In this document: in pieces, positions 41,318 through 54,625 of the stretch
Numbering within the stretch: position 1 is the stretch's first letter
Layout of the letters: each line of letters starts with the position of its first letter
Assembly (NCBI GenBank): GCA_038496445.1
Contig: JALMLS010000287.1
Span: 152,347-216,346, forward strand
Reading direction: 5' to 3'
Source: Trichosphaerium sp. ATCC 40318
Taxonomy: Eukaryota; Protista; Tubulinea
Length of the DNA stretch: 64,000 nucleotides
Position numbers and translations under genes: made by a program
The notes under the pieces: model-generated
Database searches by the model: none
Told to the model about the DNA's origin: nothing
Seen by the model: the letters and a program-made list of their open reading frames with translations, nothing else

Positions 41318-41800
41318 TCACAGTGGTAGGTAGTTATATGTTTTGGGGAGCTCGTGATCTACAAGCATACTAAGGACAGACTCTTTACCATTCCTAGACC
41401 TCATTATTATATCAAACTCTTTCGTGAAAGCTTGTGTAAGATTACCAAAGGCTTCGATATTGATAGACGCCTTAGCTACTGTTTTGTTTCGTCTTCTTCT
41501 CTTTAATTTGAATACAACAAATAACGGTTCATCTCCCTTGTGTATTAAGCTTATCTTATTCAAAGCTGTGTACCACCGTACAGCGTTCGCTCTTCTAAAT
41601 TTACTATATGGAGTACACTCTGTAGTTGTTTTTTTCTTCTTAGATCCTCTTACCAAAGTAACTTCAACGCAAAGTGCATAATTGTTATGCTTCAGTGTAG
41701 AAACTCTATCAATGCGTATACGTAATGTTCCCATCCTCACTTGTTCTTCTCTTGGATCTATTACCATATCCCACGCTGGTTTGTTGTTATTAGAGTACAT
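41318..41800 (-). CDS. Intronless NT-C2 (EEIG1/EHBP1-type) domain protein
   Basis: Beta-rich basic domain: LRIRIDRV..VTLVRGSKK..AVRW..VFKLK..KTVAKASINI. Confidence 0.6.
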   Translation of the reverse strand: MYSNNNKPAWDMVIDPREEQVRMGTLRIRIDRVSTLKHNNYALCVEVTLVRGSKKKKTTTECTPYSKFRRANAVRWYTALNKISLIHKGDEPLFVVFKLKRRRRNKTVAKASINIEAFGNLTQAFTKEFDIIMRSRNGKESVLSMLVDHELPKTYNYLPL

Positions 41801-42406
41801 TTTTGTTAATGAGGTGCTTCTTTGGTGTTGATTTGTTTTATGTACTCGCTGGTACATTCATAGAAACGCCCAAACGTAACGTGACAAAAACTACCATGAT
41901 GCTACAAATAGGTTCCTTGCGTGCTACAATCTTGTGTAAACGAACAAAGTCAAAGTAAACAGAGTGTCATGGCGTAACTAACTATTCACGTGATTTATTC
42001 AGGGATTGTATATTCTAAAAATCAGACTGATTCAATTTCCCTGATTGGCACGATGCTCAGTGTTATCTACTATCCAATAGAAGACTAATAGGCATCTCAC
42101 GTGCCCTGCAAAAATTCACCGGATAAATTTGCGGATTATCTTGTTTCTGGATCAAATTTACCTTAAAATTTTACCTTGTCCTAAAAAAGTGACATTTCGC
42201 ATGACACCTGACAAACTGTAAGCGACAATAAATAACTGCAGTAGCAATTTGCCTTGAGTTTGCTTCTTTCGCTTGGTAAGTGTTGGTTACGCTGTAAAAC
42301 AACGAAAACACGCACTGACAAGCAATTTAGTGAGAGTTGGGTGTTTAGTGGCGAAATGCTGAAGAATTTGGCTTTGAAAAACGCATTCTTCCAGTAGTGT
42401 ATCAAC

Positions 42407-43762
42407 ATGGCAACAGCAGGTACAATCTAACTCACATAACGCCGTTAACACGATTTGGTAGTACCTCTGATAAAAATGAGCAACGGTAGCTCCATCCCAG
42501 CTTTAGGCTTTGGTACATGGAAAGCTGAGCCTGGCGTAGTTGGTGCGTCTGTAAAAATCGCAATTGCGGAAGGTTTCCGTCACATCGACTGTGCTGAAGG
42601 CTACGGTAACGAGAAGGAGATTGGAGAGGTACACATAAGCATTATTACGACTTTCGCTATGCTGACCCATACCAAAAAGGCCCTAAAAGAAGTATTCGCT
42701 GAAGGCAAGGTCAAGCGCGAGGATCTCTTTATCACCTCTAAGATCTGGGGCTCCAACTTCGACATTGTCGAAAAACGCCTAAAAAATTCACTCACTCTCT
42801 TGCAAATTGATTATTTGGATTTGTACTTGCTTCACTGCCCGTCATCATTTGAGAGAACACCAGAAGGAGGGTACGCTACAAAAAATCCCCTTGTCATGAC
42901 GAATTCGTTATTCGAGCGTCCTGTTACACTTTTATGAAACTCATACAGTGAAGCGTTGCTAAAGACAGCGAAGACTTTCCAAAACGTGGAAAAACACCAA
43001 TTCACATGGCCTGGGCTGATATGGAGAAGATGGTAGACGCTGGACTCACTAAAGCTATTGGTATGAAAAAAAAACTTTTTGAATTACATTATTTAATTAC
43101 GCCTTTTAACATTTACCTGTAGGCGTTTCAAACTTTTCTAGCCTATTGATAAACGATATGCTCTCATATGCCCGTATTCCACCTGCTGTGAACCAAATTG
43201 AAGGTAACAAATCCGCCAATTAAAAATGGTTTTTTTTTTTTCAAAGCTTGGTATTAAAATTTTGTTAGTGTCTCCTTACTACACTAATGAAGCCCTTGCT
43301 CAATGGTGCTTGAAAGTGAACGTGCAAGTAACTGCGTACTGCCCACTAGGTACAGATCTGTGATTTCGCAAGAGATTGCTGCAGTAATTTAATCATTTGT
43401 TAATATTGAATTAGGAGTTTCTGCTGGCGTAAGCATTTGCGATGAAGCCTTGAAAACTACATCAGTACTACAAGATGAGTTAATTGTCGCTATTGCCAAA
43501 AAGCACAATGCCACCGCTGCTCAAGTAAGTCATTAAAACACATGATATAAATGTTGACATCTCTCAGGTATTGCTAAAATGGAGCATCCAAAAAGGATAC
43601 AATGTTCTCTCTAAGTCTACTAAAGAGCACAGAATCAAGGAAAATTTTAGTTCACGTAACGTTGTTCTTACTGACGAAGAGGTCAAACAAATCACTGGTC
43701 TCAACAAAAACTGGAAGGTGTGCAACCACGCCACCGAGTTTGGTGTCCCTGTATACAATTAA
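42407..43762 (+). CDS. Aldo-keto reductase, multi-exon
   Basis: IPALGFGTW; HIDCAEGYGNE; LFITSK; YLDLYLLH; KAIGVSNFS; NQIE; RIKENF. Confidence 0.95.
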
Positions 43763-44040
43763 ACCAATTTGTGATGCAAGTAAAAAAACGTGCCTTGAAA
43801 ATTTGAAAATGTTTATCTCAACATCGAACCTCAGTGCAGCAGAAATTGCCAATACCAAGCATTTGGTGTTTAAAAAAACCAATGTCTCTATGCAATGCCC
43901 AAAAAAAAACGTGATTTCAAAAAGTAGTGAAATCTGCAGACTTTACATAAGTCTTGTTTAGCCGAAACACGAAAATAGATCTTAACCATTTTCGCTGGTA
44001 CAACGCGTCTACAGGAAAATAGCCACTATTTGATTGTGAA

Positions 44041-44844
44041 ATGGCAGGCCTTGATCAAATATTAAAACAACTGGCCGAACTCCGTTCTACGACTACTGAT
44101 CTACGTTCTAAAGTAAACGAACATACTTTAGTCATTAACAGACAGAAAAATTTAATACAAACGCTACTGGGCGTAGTAGACGAACAAAGCATCATCATCA
44201 AACAGCTTTCAAAGTCTATACAGGAAAACAATACAAACAGTACTTCTCCCTCGCTTGACAAACTTAATACAGCATCTACGGCTCTTTCTGGCGTATCAAC
44301 ACAAAACCTAACGGCAACCGCCGGCCCACCTAAAAAGTTCAGCGTATCGTTGTCTTCAGGAAATGTCAAAGTACCTACGGCACCTGCTCCTCCTGGGAAT
44401 CGACTCGGATTATTTGCAAAAAAAAAAGTAGCAGCTAAGCCAGCACCTAAACCCATAGCCCGTACGACCGTTACACGGCTGTTTTTTTTTGTACAACCCA
44501 AACACGCACTCAATTTTTTTATTCTAGAGACACACTCATTTCACAATACATCCTCTACCGTTCCTCCTGTAGTTATCACAACAAAATTCTCAGCATTTTC
44601 TTTTAAAAAACCCGCCTCTCTCAAAGACGCTACGTTAAAATTTGACCCTGGAACGACTATACAAACAGCCTCACAACTTATCCAAAGCAGGCTAAATATT
44701 AATGGTATGGATAAAAGTTATGTTTGTCACTTTTTTTAATAGTTTATTATAGCGACGTGGTTTGATGATTTCAAGGAGGCCTATGGGAGCTATCCAACCA
44801 GTTGTGTTTTACAAAATGGCTTAACGTATTATTTAAGACTTTAG
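44041..44844 (+). CDS. Coiled-coil + Pro-rich linker + possible ubiquitin-like C-terminal domain
   Basis: N-terminal heptads; TLKFDPGTTIQTASQLIQSRLNI resembles a beta-grasp fold; spliced end YYLRL*. Confidence 0.55.
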
Positions 44845-45227
44845 CATCACAACGAATAATGTTGTCAAAAGAGCAGCGATTGGTAGTTCATCATAAGCAA
44901 AGCTTGCAATTTTTTATGGCAAAAACAAAGGACGGTTTTTTGCACGAGCTTTTTATAAGCTACTTGTACTCTAGTAAACCTTTGTAGCGAAGTAATCGCT
45001 AGTGGTGAAATCCCGTTCGTTTTGAGAAGTTGTTATTTGCTAGATTTGTACGTGTTTAATATCACATGCTATCAAAATGTTAAGTCAGATGATTTTCTTT
45101 TCCAACGAAAAGTTCTAAACGTGGTATGGTTTTTGCTAAAAAGCAAAGAGCAGTAACTTTCGCGGTACACGCTTGTTTGCTTTTGGAAGTGAAATTTTAT
45201 GTCAACAGACATGCTGAATTATGTAGG

Positions 45228-47583
45228 TGTGCCTTATAGGGGCCATTGGTGTGTTTTTAGTGTTGTTTGGACACCCTGCTGCTAGCCCTTTGCCAAAGGA
45301 ACAAAACAGTTCAAAACGGGGTAAGCAGTGTATAAATAAACCAATCACGTGCTTTGTAAATTTTTACCATAATTTACGTTTGTAATCGATTATGTAGAAA
45401 AGGCATGTTGCTTCACTGGAGCAATTGCAACATCTAGTAAGCCTGCGTCTGAAACAGCGGAAGCAATAATGAAGCAAGGTACAGAAAATGTTTTTTTTTA
45501 AAAAACTAAAGTGGAGAATTAGGTGGCAATGCCATTGACGCCGTTGTTGCAGCTCAAGTGGTGCTCTCGCTTACAGAACCTCAATCAAGGTACTCCAATC
45601 CATATCAATGGTAACTGATCATACAAAAGTGGTATTGGCGGAGGATTGTTTGTGATGTACTATGATAAAGTAAACGATAAAGTACACGCAATAGATGGGC
45701 GCGAGGAAGGTGGGTTTTTTTTAATTTCATTATAGACACTAATAGTCACAGCTCCGTTTAACTTACAGTCACGACCTTCAAACCGAGTAGGAGGTTGGTC
45801 TAGCGGCGTACCAGGCACCATTGCTGCCTTGGAACGAATTCATAGAGATTTTGGATCGGGTACTCTTGGTTACTCTAAATATTTCTGCTAACACTAAGGC
45901 AAGGAAAATTTACGCTTGCAGAGCTATTTGCTCCTGCTATAAAACTGGCGCGCGATGGATGGGTACTTGACTCTTATACTGCTGGATCTTTAAGATCTGC
46001 TGCTTCATGTCTAGCTCAATTTCCTGCCAGTAAAGAACTGTATTTGAATCCAGATGGAACACCACGACAAGAAGTAACTACTCTTGCCAAATACACTTTG
46101 CTTACTATTGCCATAGGGTTCCTTAATGTTGAACCCAGATTATGCGAACACTTTAGAACTCATTGCGCAAGATCCAAAGTCGTACTACAATGGTCCTATA
46201 GCTGAGGACATTGTGAATGCCGTTACACAATCACCTGTTAACCCTGGAGTCATGACACTAGATGACATGAAGACATACAGAGCTGTGGAGAGAGAACCAG
46301 TAAACTATGAATTTACGTCTTCGTCTGGAAAGACTTTTGAACTTTGGTACAACTTTCTTTCATTATAAGGGCTCATATTATTTCTCAGGGGAATGAATAT
46401 GCCTTCTTCTGGTACAGCCACAATGGCGAATGCTTTGAATATTCTGGAGGCGTATGACTTGAAAGCAAGCGGCCTACATTCTTCCGAGTCTATTCATCGT
46501 ATATGGGATGCAACAACTCTAGCATACGCTGATAGAAATGCCTACATGTAACGATTTCTACCGAAACAAATATCTTATTTTTTTCTAATTAGGGCTGATG
46601 CTGATTGGGTTGATGTACCTTTGGAAGGTCTGTTAGATAAAAAGTATGCTAGTGAGCGACGAGAACTCATGAAACCCAATGAAGCATTGAAAAGTGCTCA
46701 ACCAGGTGCACATTTCAATAAGTTATTTCCACGTGTTCTAAAGCGCAGATTGTAGGAACACCGCCTGGAATAGAAACAGCTTGGAAAATGTCTCCTCAAA
46801 TTGAGAGCCTCCATACAACTCACTACACCATTGCTGATCCGAACAATTTTGTTGCTGTTACTAGGTACATATCCATATGCCACGAGGAAACTAATACCTT
46901 TAGTACCATTGAATCATCGTGGGGAAACTGTTTGACAGTGCCTGGCAGAGGATTTCTACTTAATAACGAACTTTCGGACTTTTCAACTTCAGGTGCAAAC
47001 AAAGCTGAAGGTAAACGGTGGTTTGAAAATAACTTACTAAAAGAACACTTACACTCAATTAAACTCAGGTGGCAGACGCATGAGAAGAACTGCATTGCCT
47101 CCAGACGACAGAACAGAAGGTGGAAAGCGCCCTCGAAGTAGTATGACACCAACACTAGTATTTCAAGATGGCAAACCAGTACTCACTCTCGGTGCACCTG
47201 GTGCGGTTGTATGTTATTCTTCACAACCTCTTATGTAATCCTTTAGGTGGCGCTGGAATAATCAATACTGTACTTGATGGTGCTTTGTTTAGCCTGGAGT
47301 ACGAACTTAGCACTCTTGATACTGTGTTGGAACCTCGTTATCGTACAGATAATAATGGTTTATGGAGACTTGAAGCTGCACTTTATCAAGATAAAGAATT
47401 ACGGGACGAACTGACTGCCCTTGGGTTCAGCGTGAGGTAGGATTGTTTAATGAAGTAAGTTCTAACTGCGCACTTAGTCAATGGACATCTGGTTCTTTGC
47501 AAGCTATATCAATGGATGTAAATGGTAATTTCACTGCAGTAGCAGATCCTAGACGCTCCAATAGCCTCGCTATTGTATTTTGA
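45228..47583 (+). CDS. GGT: Gamma-glutamyltranspeptidase, multi-exon (5' end may extend to ~44917)
   Basis: GGNAIDAVVA; EPQSSGIGGG; IDGRE; GVPGT; nucleophile HTTHYTIAD; GFLLNNELSDF; KRPRSSMTP; ADPRR. Confidence 0.93.
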
Positions 47584-47822
47584 GGTCAAGAAAATAACCA
47601 CAAATAAAAGAGGTTACATTTTAGTCACATTTGTATTTTTCTTTTAAACGTGCAAGATTTAGGGACAAATCTTTCTGGTACAATCAAAGCTCTGTATCAA
47701 AGGCGTCTTCACAGATCAGGCTGAATGATCAAAATTGCATTTATTGCTTGTTTAGCAGGAAAAGGTGTTAAATCGAATACATCAAGTTGTAAACTTTACA
47801 TTAAAAAAAGGATTGCGTTTGA

Positions 47823-49737
47823 TTACTTAAGGTCAATTGCATATGGCCCATTGAAGTCTTCGTTGAATATTCTAGTGAGAGAGGACACTATCAAATCTCC
47901 TTTAACTACTGCAGTCACGCCACCCTAAAAACAAGTAAGAATAAAAAGACAAACAATATTGTTTGTACTGTATGCTGAAAATAATCTGGCGTCCTAAATA
48001 CCATATTAGAAGGCATTTCGATAAAAGTATTCCACGTACCAGTTAGATGTAGTGACATATGCCACTTGATCAGTCACAAAGTATTTGGAATGGGATACAC
48101 GTGTAAATGGAATAGAGTGTTCGAGTTCTTTGTACAGAGTTAGGGATATTATTGAATTGGTGACATGCCTGGAATTATGAAGAATTTAACTTGAATATTG
48201 TCCAATGCATCCAAGGAATACATGTATTGCTTTGTTTGCTCAATTGTATGTGGCCAAATGCTGAACAGGAGATTGACTTTTACGCCTCTAGAGTACTATG
48301 ATTAACTAACCATTTAAATGATTGATGATTAACCTACCTGAAGCTTGCATTTCTCAAAGCAGTGTCTATTGTTGGCCAATAAAATGGTGGATCTGCGTAG
48401 ACGCTGAATGGTGCATAGTCCATAATGGACAGTGAAATGTAGCTAAACAGAATTTAAATACAAAGCAGAAATAATATGATAATAGCCTTACTCTTTTGCT
48501 GTGTCAAACGATTCTATCACTACAGCCAAGTCATCAATACGTCCTGGTGCCTGAAACACTGGTGGTGAAACTGATATATACATGGATGATAGAGTGTCTA
48601 CAGCTAAGTGTTAGATTCAATCTAAACTATGCATTCTTTGTACTGTTGAGGTGAAGCTGTGCAGGCGTTTTGTCATTATAAGGTGTTTGCAACCTTCGCA
48701 CATTAATTGCAGGTGTTACAAGCTATGCGTACCAAGAAGGCCATATAGGAAGTTTTGGAAGGGCAGCGGCCATCCAGTATTGCTCAAATACTCGCCCTAT
48801 AAAACATAAGCGTGCCGCAGAGATATTGAATCCAATGTACCGAGGTCTTGAGCCATTTGTGGGCAATCTTCTATTACAACGCCAAGCTCTTTTATTTGAG
48901 CAAGAGCACGCCAATCTACACAAACTATAAGGACCTGCTTAACAAACCGCGTGTATACCCCAATTCGCACTTCCAATGTACATAGAGGTGTTGTCGCTAA
49001 CCATAAACTTGCTGAAGAAAAATTAGTATGGAGGGTTAGTACAGTTCACTTCGCACGTGCCTGTGTAGAATGCCTGCGCCTACTAAGCCTTCCCAATCAA
49101 TATTGCGAAGCTCTACAACGCCCATCTGAACGCTGTTATACACTGGTTTTTGTAACGAAGTAAGGAGTTAATACCTTAGCTAACTTGAGGGTGTCGGTAT
49201 CTGGGAATGCTTCGGTTGGTTTTGACTACCAACAAACAATGAGCGTTGTGCGAAAGGCAAGTAAACAACAATACCTGAACAATTCTGATAGATACGTTAC
49301 GCTTGCTAGCATCGATTAAAGCGTCATAGATATCTTGGCCCTTGTAGCCGTCTATAGCGGTTAGAAACAAAATGTACCGCGTAGAGTACCATAACCAGGA
49401 TACTGTGAGCCACCTACGATTTTGGTAAGTAAAAAAACGAAATGTCGCTGTAAAATGGAGAAAGTATTGACCTGTCAAAGTAAAGTAGAACCCAGCAATA
49501 GACAAGGAGTATTTGGCATTTGTTATCATTTTCATCCATCTGCTGTAAATGCTAACTGGTGTATCTGGCAAAGTAAGGTTCTGTGGAATAGATTCCGCCA
49601 GATAAATCTTGCCACTGAGACGCACAACGTGAGAAATGCGATGATACCACTAATATAAACCCAAAAACGTACTCGAGGCAAACACTGAGCGTTCCACACA
49701 CGAAGAGAATCGCAATAAGCAACAAGACACGCATTAG
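47823..49737 (-). CDS. Phospholipase D3/D4-like 5' exonuclease, multi-exon
   Basis: LAESIPQNL; HKD1 GILHS|KFMVSD..IGSANW; HKD2 RVSHSKYFVTD..TTSNW; signal peptide. Confidence 0.92.
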
Positions 49738-49872
49738 TTTTCGAAACTTAGTACTTTTAACGACCACCTGGCTTAATTTGACTAGTACATACTATTATAC
49801 TGTTCAAGCACCTTGTAAGTTGCTCTCTCCTAGCCTTACGTCACGTGCTCGCAACGGTATTGATCCAGCAAC

Positions 49873-51225
49873 ATGCAAGCAGTAGACAATCTATTGGAGC
49901 TTCCTCCTGAACTAGTAGCCTACGTACTGCGAATGATCCCGTTTCGGCGTTTAATGTTGAGTTGTACAGTTTCTCGCGCTTGGTTTAACTTGTGTGAGAC
50001 CGAACCATCGTTGAGGGTACGTTGTTTTATCAACGGAAGCTTTTTACTCATTATGTACAAATTGTCAGCGTACTGTGATGATTTGCTATTACGTTGGGTT
50101 TTTTTTAAAGTCTCACTGTCATACTCTAACACGCAGTTCAGGAATTTCAGTATTGCCGTTCTACAGTTTGCTCAGGATGGTTCGTCGTGCATAAATCAAA
50201 CAAGCCAATCGGTAAGACAGGCTGCCTCTTCAATTGTAACTTACACCAAAGAGGTTTTATGTCCAGGTTGTTGTCAAAGCGGCACTTCGTCACTGTTACC
50301 CCGAGGCAGCTGAACATTTATACCAACGATAGAAAGGCACCTACCCACTTAATTGCTTACACTCATTATTAAACAGAACTGTTTGTTACAAGTAGTTCCC
50401 CTAAACAACAGTGTCTATGTTGGCCAGGAAGCTATTTATACTAACGAACTAAGGCTGTACTTGCCCACTACAAGCTCTTACCGCCCTTCAGAATCTAAAT
50501 GGAGACACGCACTACTGTACTAGTCAGTGTAAGTTATGCCTAGCTTAATCATTACCTACAAGGGTGAAAAATCCATATAGGAAGATACTTGTGGTTGGCC
50601 ATGTGAACACAGGAAAATCTTGCCTTGTTGAGCGGTGGGCAACAGGAGAATTAACCAACGAAAAGAGAGTCTACAAACCTACTATAGGTGCTAGTTGTGT
50701 GCGTTGAAAGCTACACTGATCAATGTAACAATCTTTTTATTAGCGTACAAATATTTTTCACTTTGAAATAGATGGTGAACGTTATATGGCTAAATGGAAG
50801 ATATGGGATCTTAGTGGAGACTTTGCTTTCAAGGTGGACACCTTAAACTTGTTACTGGATTATAATGGTGTGTAGGAACCGTCTATTCTTAGTAGCTACA
50901 AGGATGGAGCTGCTGGAATAGTGCACGTATTTGATGTCTCCAACAAAGACAGTTTTGATAGCACAAAAGAGCTGCTCCAGTTATTTCATATCAACCGTCC
51001 CACCATATTGATTGGCAACAAAATAGATACCCCAAAGATAAAAAGGTGTGTACCACGTGACGAAGCCGAAGCACTCGCAACAAAGTATAATGCAACGTAT
51101 TTTGAAACGTCAACGTGGAATAATACCAATGGTACAGCTAGTTCCTTCATTCCAGTACTTACAAACAAGTAGTGAAAAAGAGCATGAAGAAGCTAGAGCA
51201 AATGATCGAGAGCACTATTAGATAG
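49873..51225 (+). CDS. F-box + PH-like + Rab-like small GTPase fusion, multi-exon
   Basis: LLELPPELVAYVL..TVSRAW F-box; G1 GHVNTGKS, G2 PTIG, G3 WDLSG, G4 GNKID, G5 ETS; no C-terminal Cys motif. Confidence 0.8.
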
Positions 51226-51428
51226 CACGTTTCAGTAAAAATCGGAACAACGTATTTGGTATCTGCCGTAATGAATAGCCATCTAGTGCATCGGAACAAG
51301 TTGTAAACTGATTGCCTTGTAAAATCACATGCTTTTTATCAGCTTGTCGCTAAGTCAGGTTATTAACTATTGTATTTTATGACTGACACATGCACATTAC
51401 GTAGCAAAAAGGCCCTCTTTGCCATATA

Positions 51429-52362
51429 ATGCGTCTGGCTTTACAATCTGTAATAGTTTACTAAACTGCGATGAATTTAATTAACAACATACTAGCGAGC
51501 CCCGCAGGAATACCGCCGACAAGCTGCTAGGCACACACTTGAGAGTATAGGCGAAAAACTCAAAATAAAGGACATGAGCGGTTGGTATCGCACAACGCAT
51601 GTAGAAATGCGTCGAAACGGCGGAGAAGCAACTTTGAAAGAGTACGTACGCCCTGTTTAATGTCATCATTTATTATGACACTTGTTGAAGGTTTGGAGGC
51701 TTTTTACCAACTTTGGCAGCTGCATTTGCTGATTTTGAATGGAACACGCGCAAATTCAAGTGAGTTTTTGGTTCGTTTATTGGCTTTTAGCAGTTTTTTA
51801 ACGCAAGAAGTATTTCTCGCAAGCGAAACTGGCACGACTTGGATACTCAGCGAGATAAGTTAACCCAAATTGCAAAAAATTGTCGTATCTTCACATTATC
51901 GGATTGGGACGCCATGAGCGCTGATAACATCCAGCGCCAAGGAGGGACAAGCGTGCTACGCATGTAAGAAATAATGTGGTTGAGTAGTAACTTTACTAAC
52001 AAACCCTTTAGATACAAAGGCTCTCTTGTTCATTGTTTGTACACCACGTTCGGTTACAGCCTGACTGTTTCAGAACCACGCCCAAAGTGGAGAGGCTACT
52101 GGATAGAAGAGGCAAATCAGCATAGATTCTTAAAGACTGTAGAAGCACAACTAGGTTTGACACATGGCAACATGTGGTAGGTGTTATTTGAACGAAGTAA
52201 TCTGTTTATGTAATGTCTCACTACAACTATAGGAACCGTGTGTCAATTGAGCAGCTACGACGAATGGGTGGCGGAGGAATGTTACGTTATTTACCATCAG
52301 CCCTACGCTCCAGGAAAATTGCTGAATTATCTCCTTCACAAAGAAAAGCAGAACAAAGGTAA
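51429..52362 (+). CDS. Helical-repeat protein of unknown function, multi-exon
   Basis: About three ~60-aa repeats with W..I..W....GG..L..Y.GSL pattern (SGWYRTT..NGG; SDWDAMS..QGG; NMWNRVS..MGG). Confidence 0.6.
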
Positions 52363-52469
52363 TTTTATAAAGATGTTTACTTTCACTTAAATATGTAAGG
52401 TGGTTGCTAGAGTGCACAAGGAAATTAACTAAATAATGTACTTGAAGATATCATTTATTCATTAGCGAT

Positions 52470-54510
52470 TTATAAAAGGAAATCTTGCGTTGTGCCTGCA
52501 GAAGTAACAGTGATTGAAATTGTTTTGGATTGGTAGCCATCTGCTCTTGCTGTAACTTGCCAAGTTCCAGTAGGAAGCCACAAGAAGTAATACCCTTTAA
52601 TTAAAGGTTAATCACATGGGAAACAAAGTAGACGCACCTGTTCTTGGGTTTGAAGGGCGGACTTCATCGTAGAAAAAGTCTAATCCTGCAGACAAAATAA
52701 GAACGTAAACAACACTTTATCTAATTTACCTGCAATGTCGAAATACGCCTGCAGTGCTGCACCTGTGCTTGCTGATCGGGCATATCCTTGGACGGGTGTA
52801 GGAAGCGTCAAATAGTACAATGTTCCAGGCCAAACCTAGTAGGATGAGTATAAAGAAATAATGAACAAGTATACCCTGACAAGTTCGGCGCGCATTGCAG
52901 AACCTGAAGGCTGAAATGCTGTGCCAGTTTCAAGTAAAGTAGCAAGGGTACCAGAATCATGATAGGCGGTATGTATATCACCTCCCATGGCGGATGATGC
53001 TATTAATTGTTATGAACTTAACATATTGTAGAAACTATCTAGTTACCACCAAGCCTGTAGCTCATGTAGTCAGCCATAGTCCTGCCGATATCTGTACAAA
53101 ATAAACTTAGAGAAATTATGAGAATGTGCTGTTTACGTGCCATTGAAAAGAGTGTTGATTGGAGGAGGCAATTGAGCGTTTCCGCCGTAGTTTGGTCGAG
53201 TGTCTGTACAGAGCGTGTTAGTTTGGGTCTTATTGCTTTCTTTGCGGAACCTCTAGCATAGCTGTGCCAGTCTATCAACTTAACAAATTTTCTATCTCGT
53301 TGGAAAGCAACCATAGTTTGGGTCTCAGGTTCGCTCATGGCGCTTGGCCCTCTGTATGTTTCCGAACTAGGATTAGTGGATCCACCTAAACCCAGTATTA
53401 AAGTATTTCTACACATAGGTTCTAATACCACACGAAAACGCCCAACCAAAGGGATAGTTTCTGTTGAGATCAACACCGTAACTACTACCTCCATTAGGAC
53501 GCCTGTTTTTTCTCCAGAAATCGTTTACAGTCCACACATAGTTCAAGCCATCTAAATGGCCGCTTAGATAAAGTTTTGTCGAAGGTTGGAAGTTTACCAG
53601 GGTTCATCGTCCACATGACATATAATTGATTGTTGTTAACAAGATTTATGAGCTCTGTGTCGCCTGTGAGGTAGCCATCTATGATTCTCTCAGCAGTATC
53701 CAAAGCAAGCTGAGGTCTATTTAAAAAAATAGTAAGAAAAAAAAGTAAAAAGTTAAATACAATTAAGCGTACGTGATGAGCTCTCTTGCATGATGGTTTC
53801 CTACCACGAGCATATTGGGTTCAGCTTCGTCCTATAATTTCGTGGGTAAAGATTTCTTTGGTCTCGTGACATGACGGGAGTACGTACCACTTGAACGTTA
53901 TCAGAAATCTTCAAAGCTTGAATGGAACGCCCCTCAAATGTGAGTGGCGTATTGTACTCATCATTCAAGTCAATAAGCATCGCAATGGCAGGTGCTTTGA
54001 CAAATGTCAGGTAAACCGAGAATAACAAGTTTCAGAGTTTGTACCTTTTTGTGTGAGTGCAACGAAGTTGTTAAACAATTGAGACGGGTTATCATAGCCA
54101 GTAGGAGGAGCTCTTTCCGAAAATGGTTTACCTTCGTTGGTATTAAGGGGGGTAATGCGTTCTACACAGAAAGGCTTCTCCAAAAAAAAAAGAAAAAAGC
54201 CAAAGCAAGATAGAAAATGTTTTTGAAAATTCACGTGACAAAGTTATTTTAACACCGAAACGTTTCGTTTGTTCTTACCTGGTTCAGAGCTTAGAATATT
54301 AAAACCGAGGCTCTTAAGGACCTTGGCATCTTCTTCGCACCCAATAACTTCGTAGGAGGGATAAGAGGTGTTGTGACTTACTCTAATGTCGAACCCTTTA
54401 CAGGCAAGATCATCTAAAGCAAGTTTGGCTTCTAGTCGGTAAGAGTTGAGTCTGCACTCTTGACAATACGCCACAGCAAACACAATTAGTAGCGTAACAA
54501 CCAGCTTCAT
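52470..54510 (-). CDS. Secreted M14 zinc carboxypeptidase (carboxypeptidase T-like), multi-exon
   Basis: Signal and propeptide; TFEGRSIQALKISDN; HHARE; MNPD; WRKNR..GVDLNRNY; YRGPSAMSEPET; DWHSY. Confidence 0.92.
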
Positions 54511-54625
54511 CCTTGACAGCTTTTTTCAAGTTGTTTAAGTGTTCAACAAAAAAAGTTGTCAGTTTAGACTGATTTTGACATTGTTAGTTTCTATTCTCAA
54601 TTAAACTACCTGTTGTTTCAAGCAA

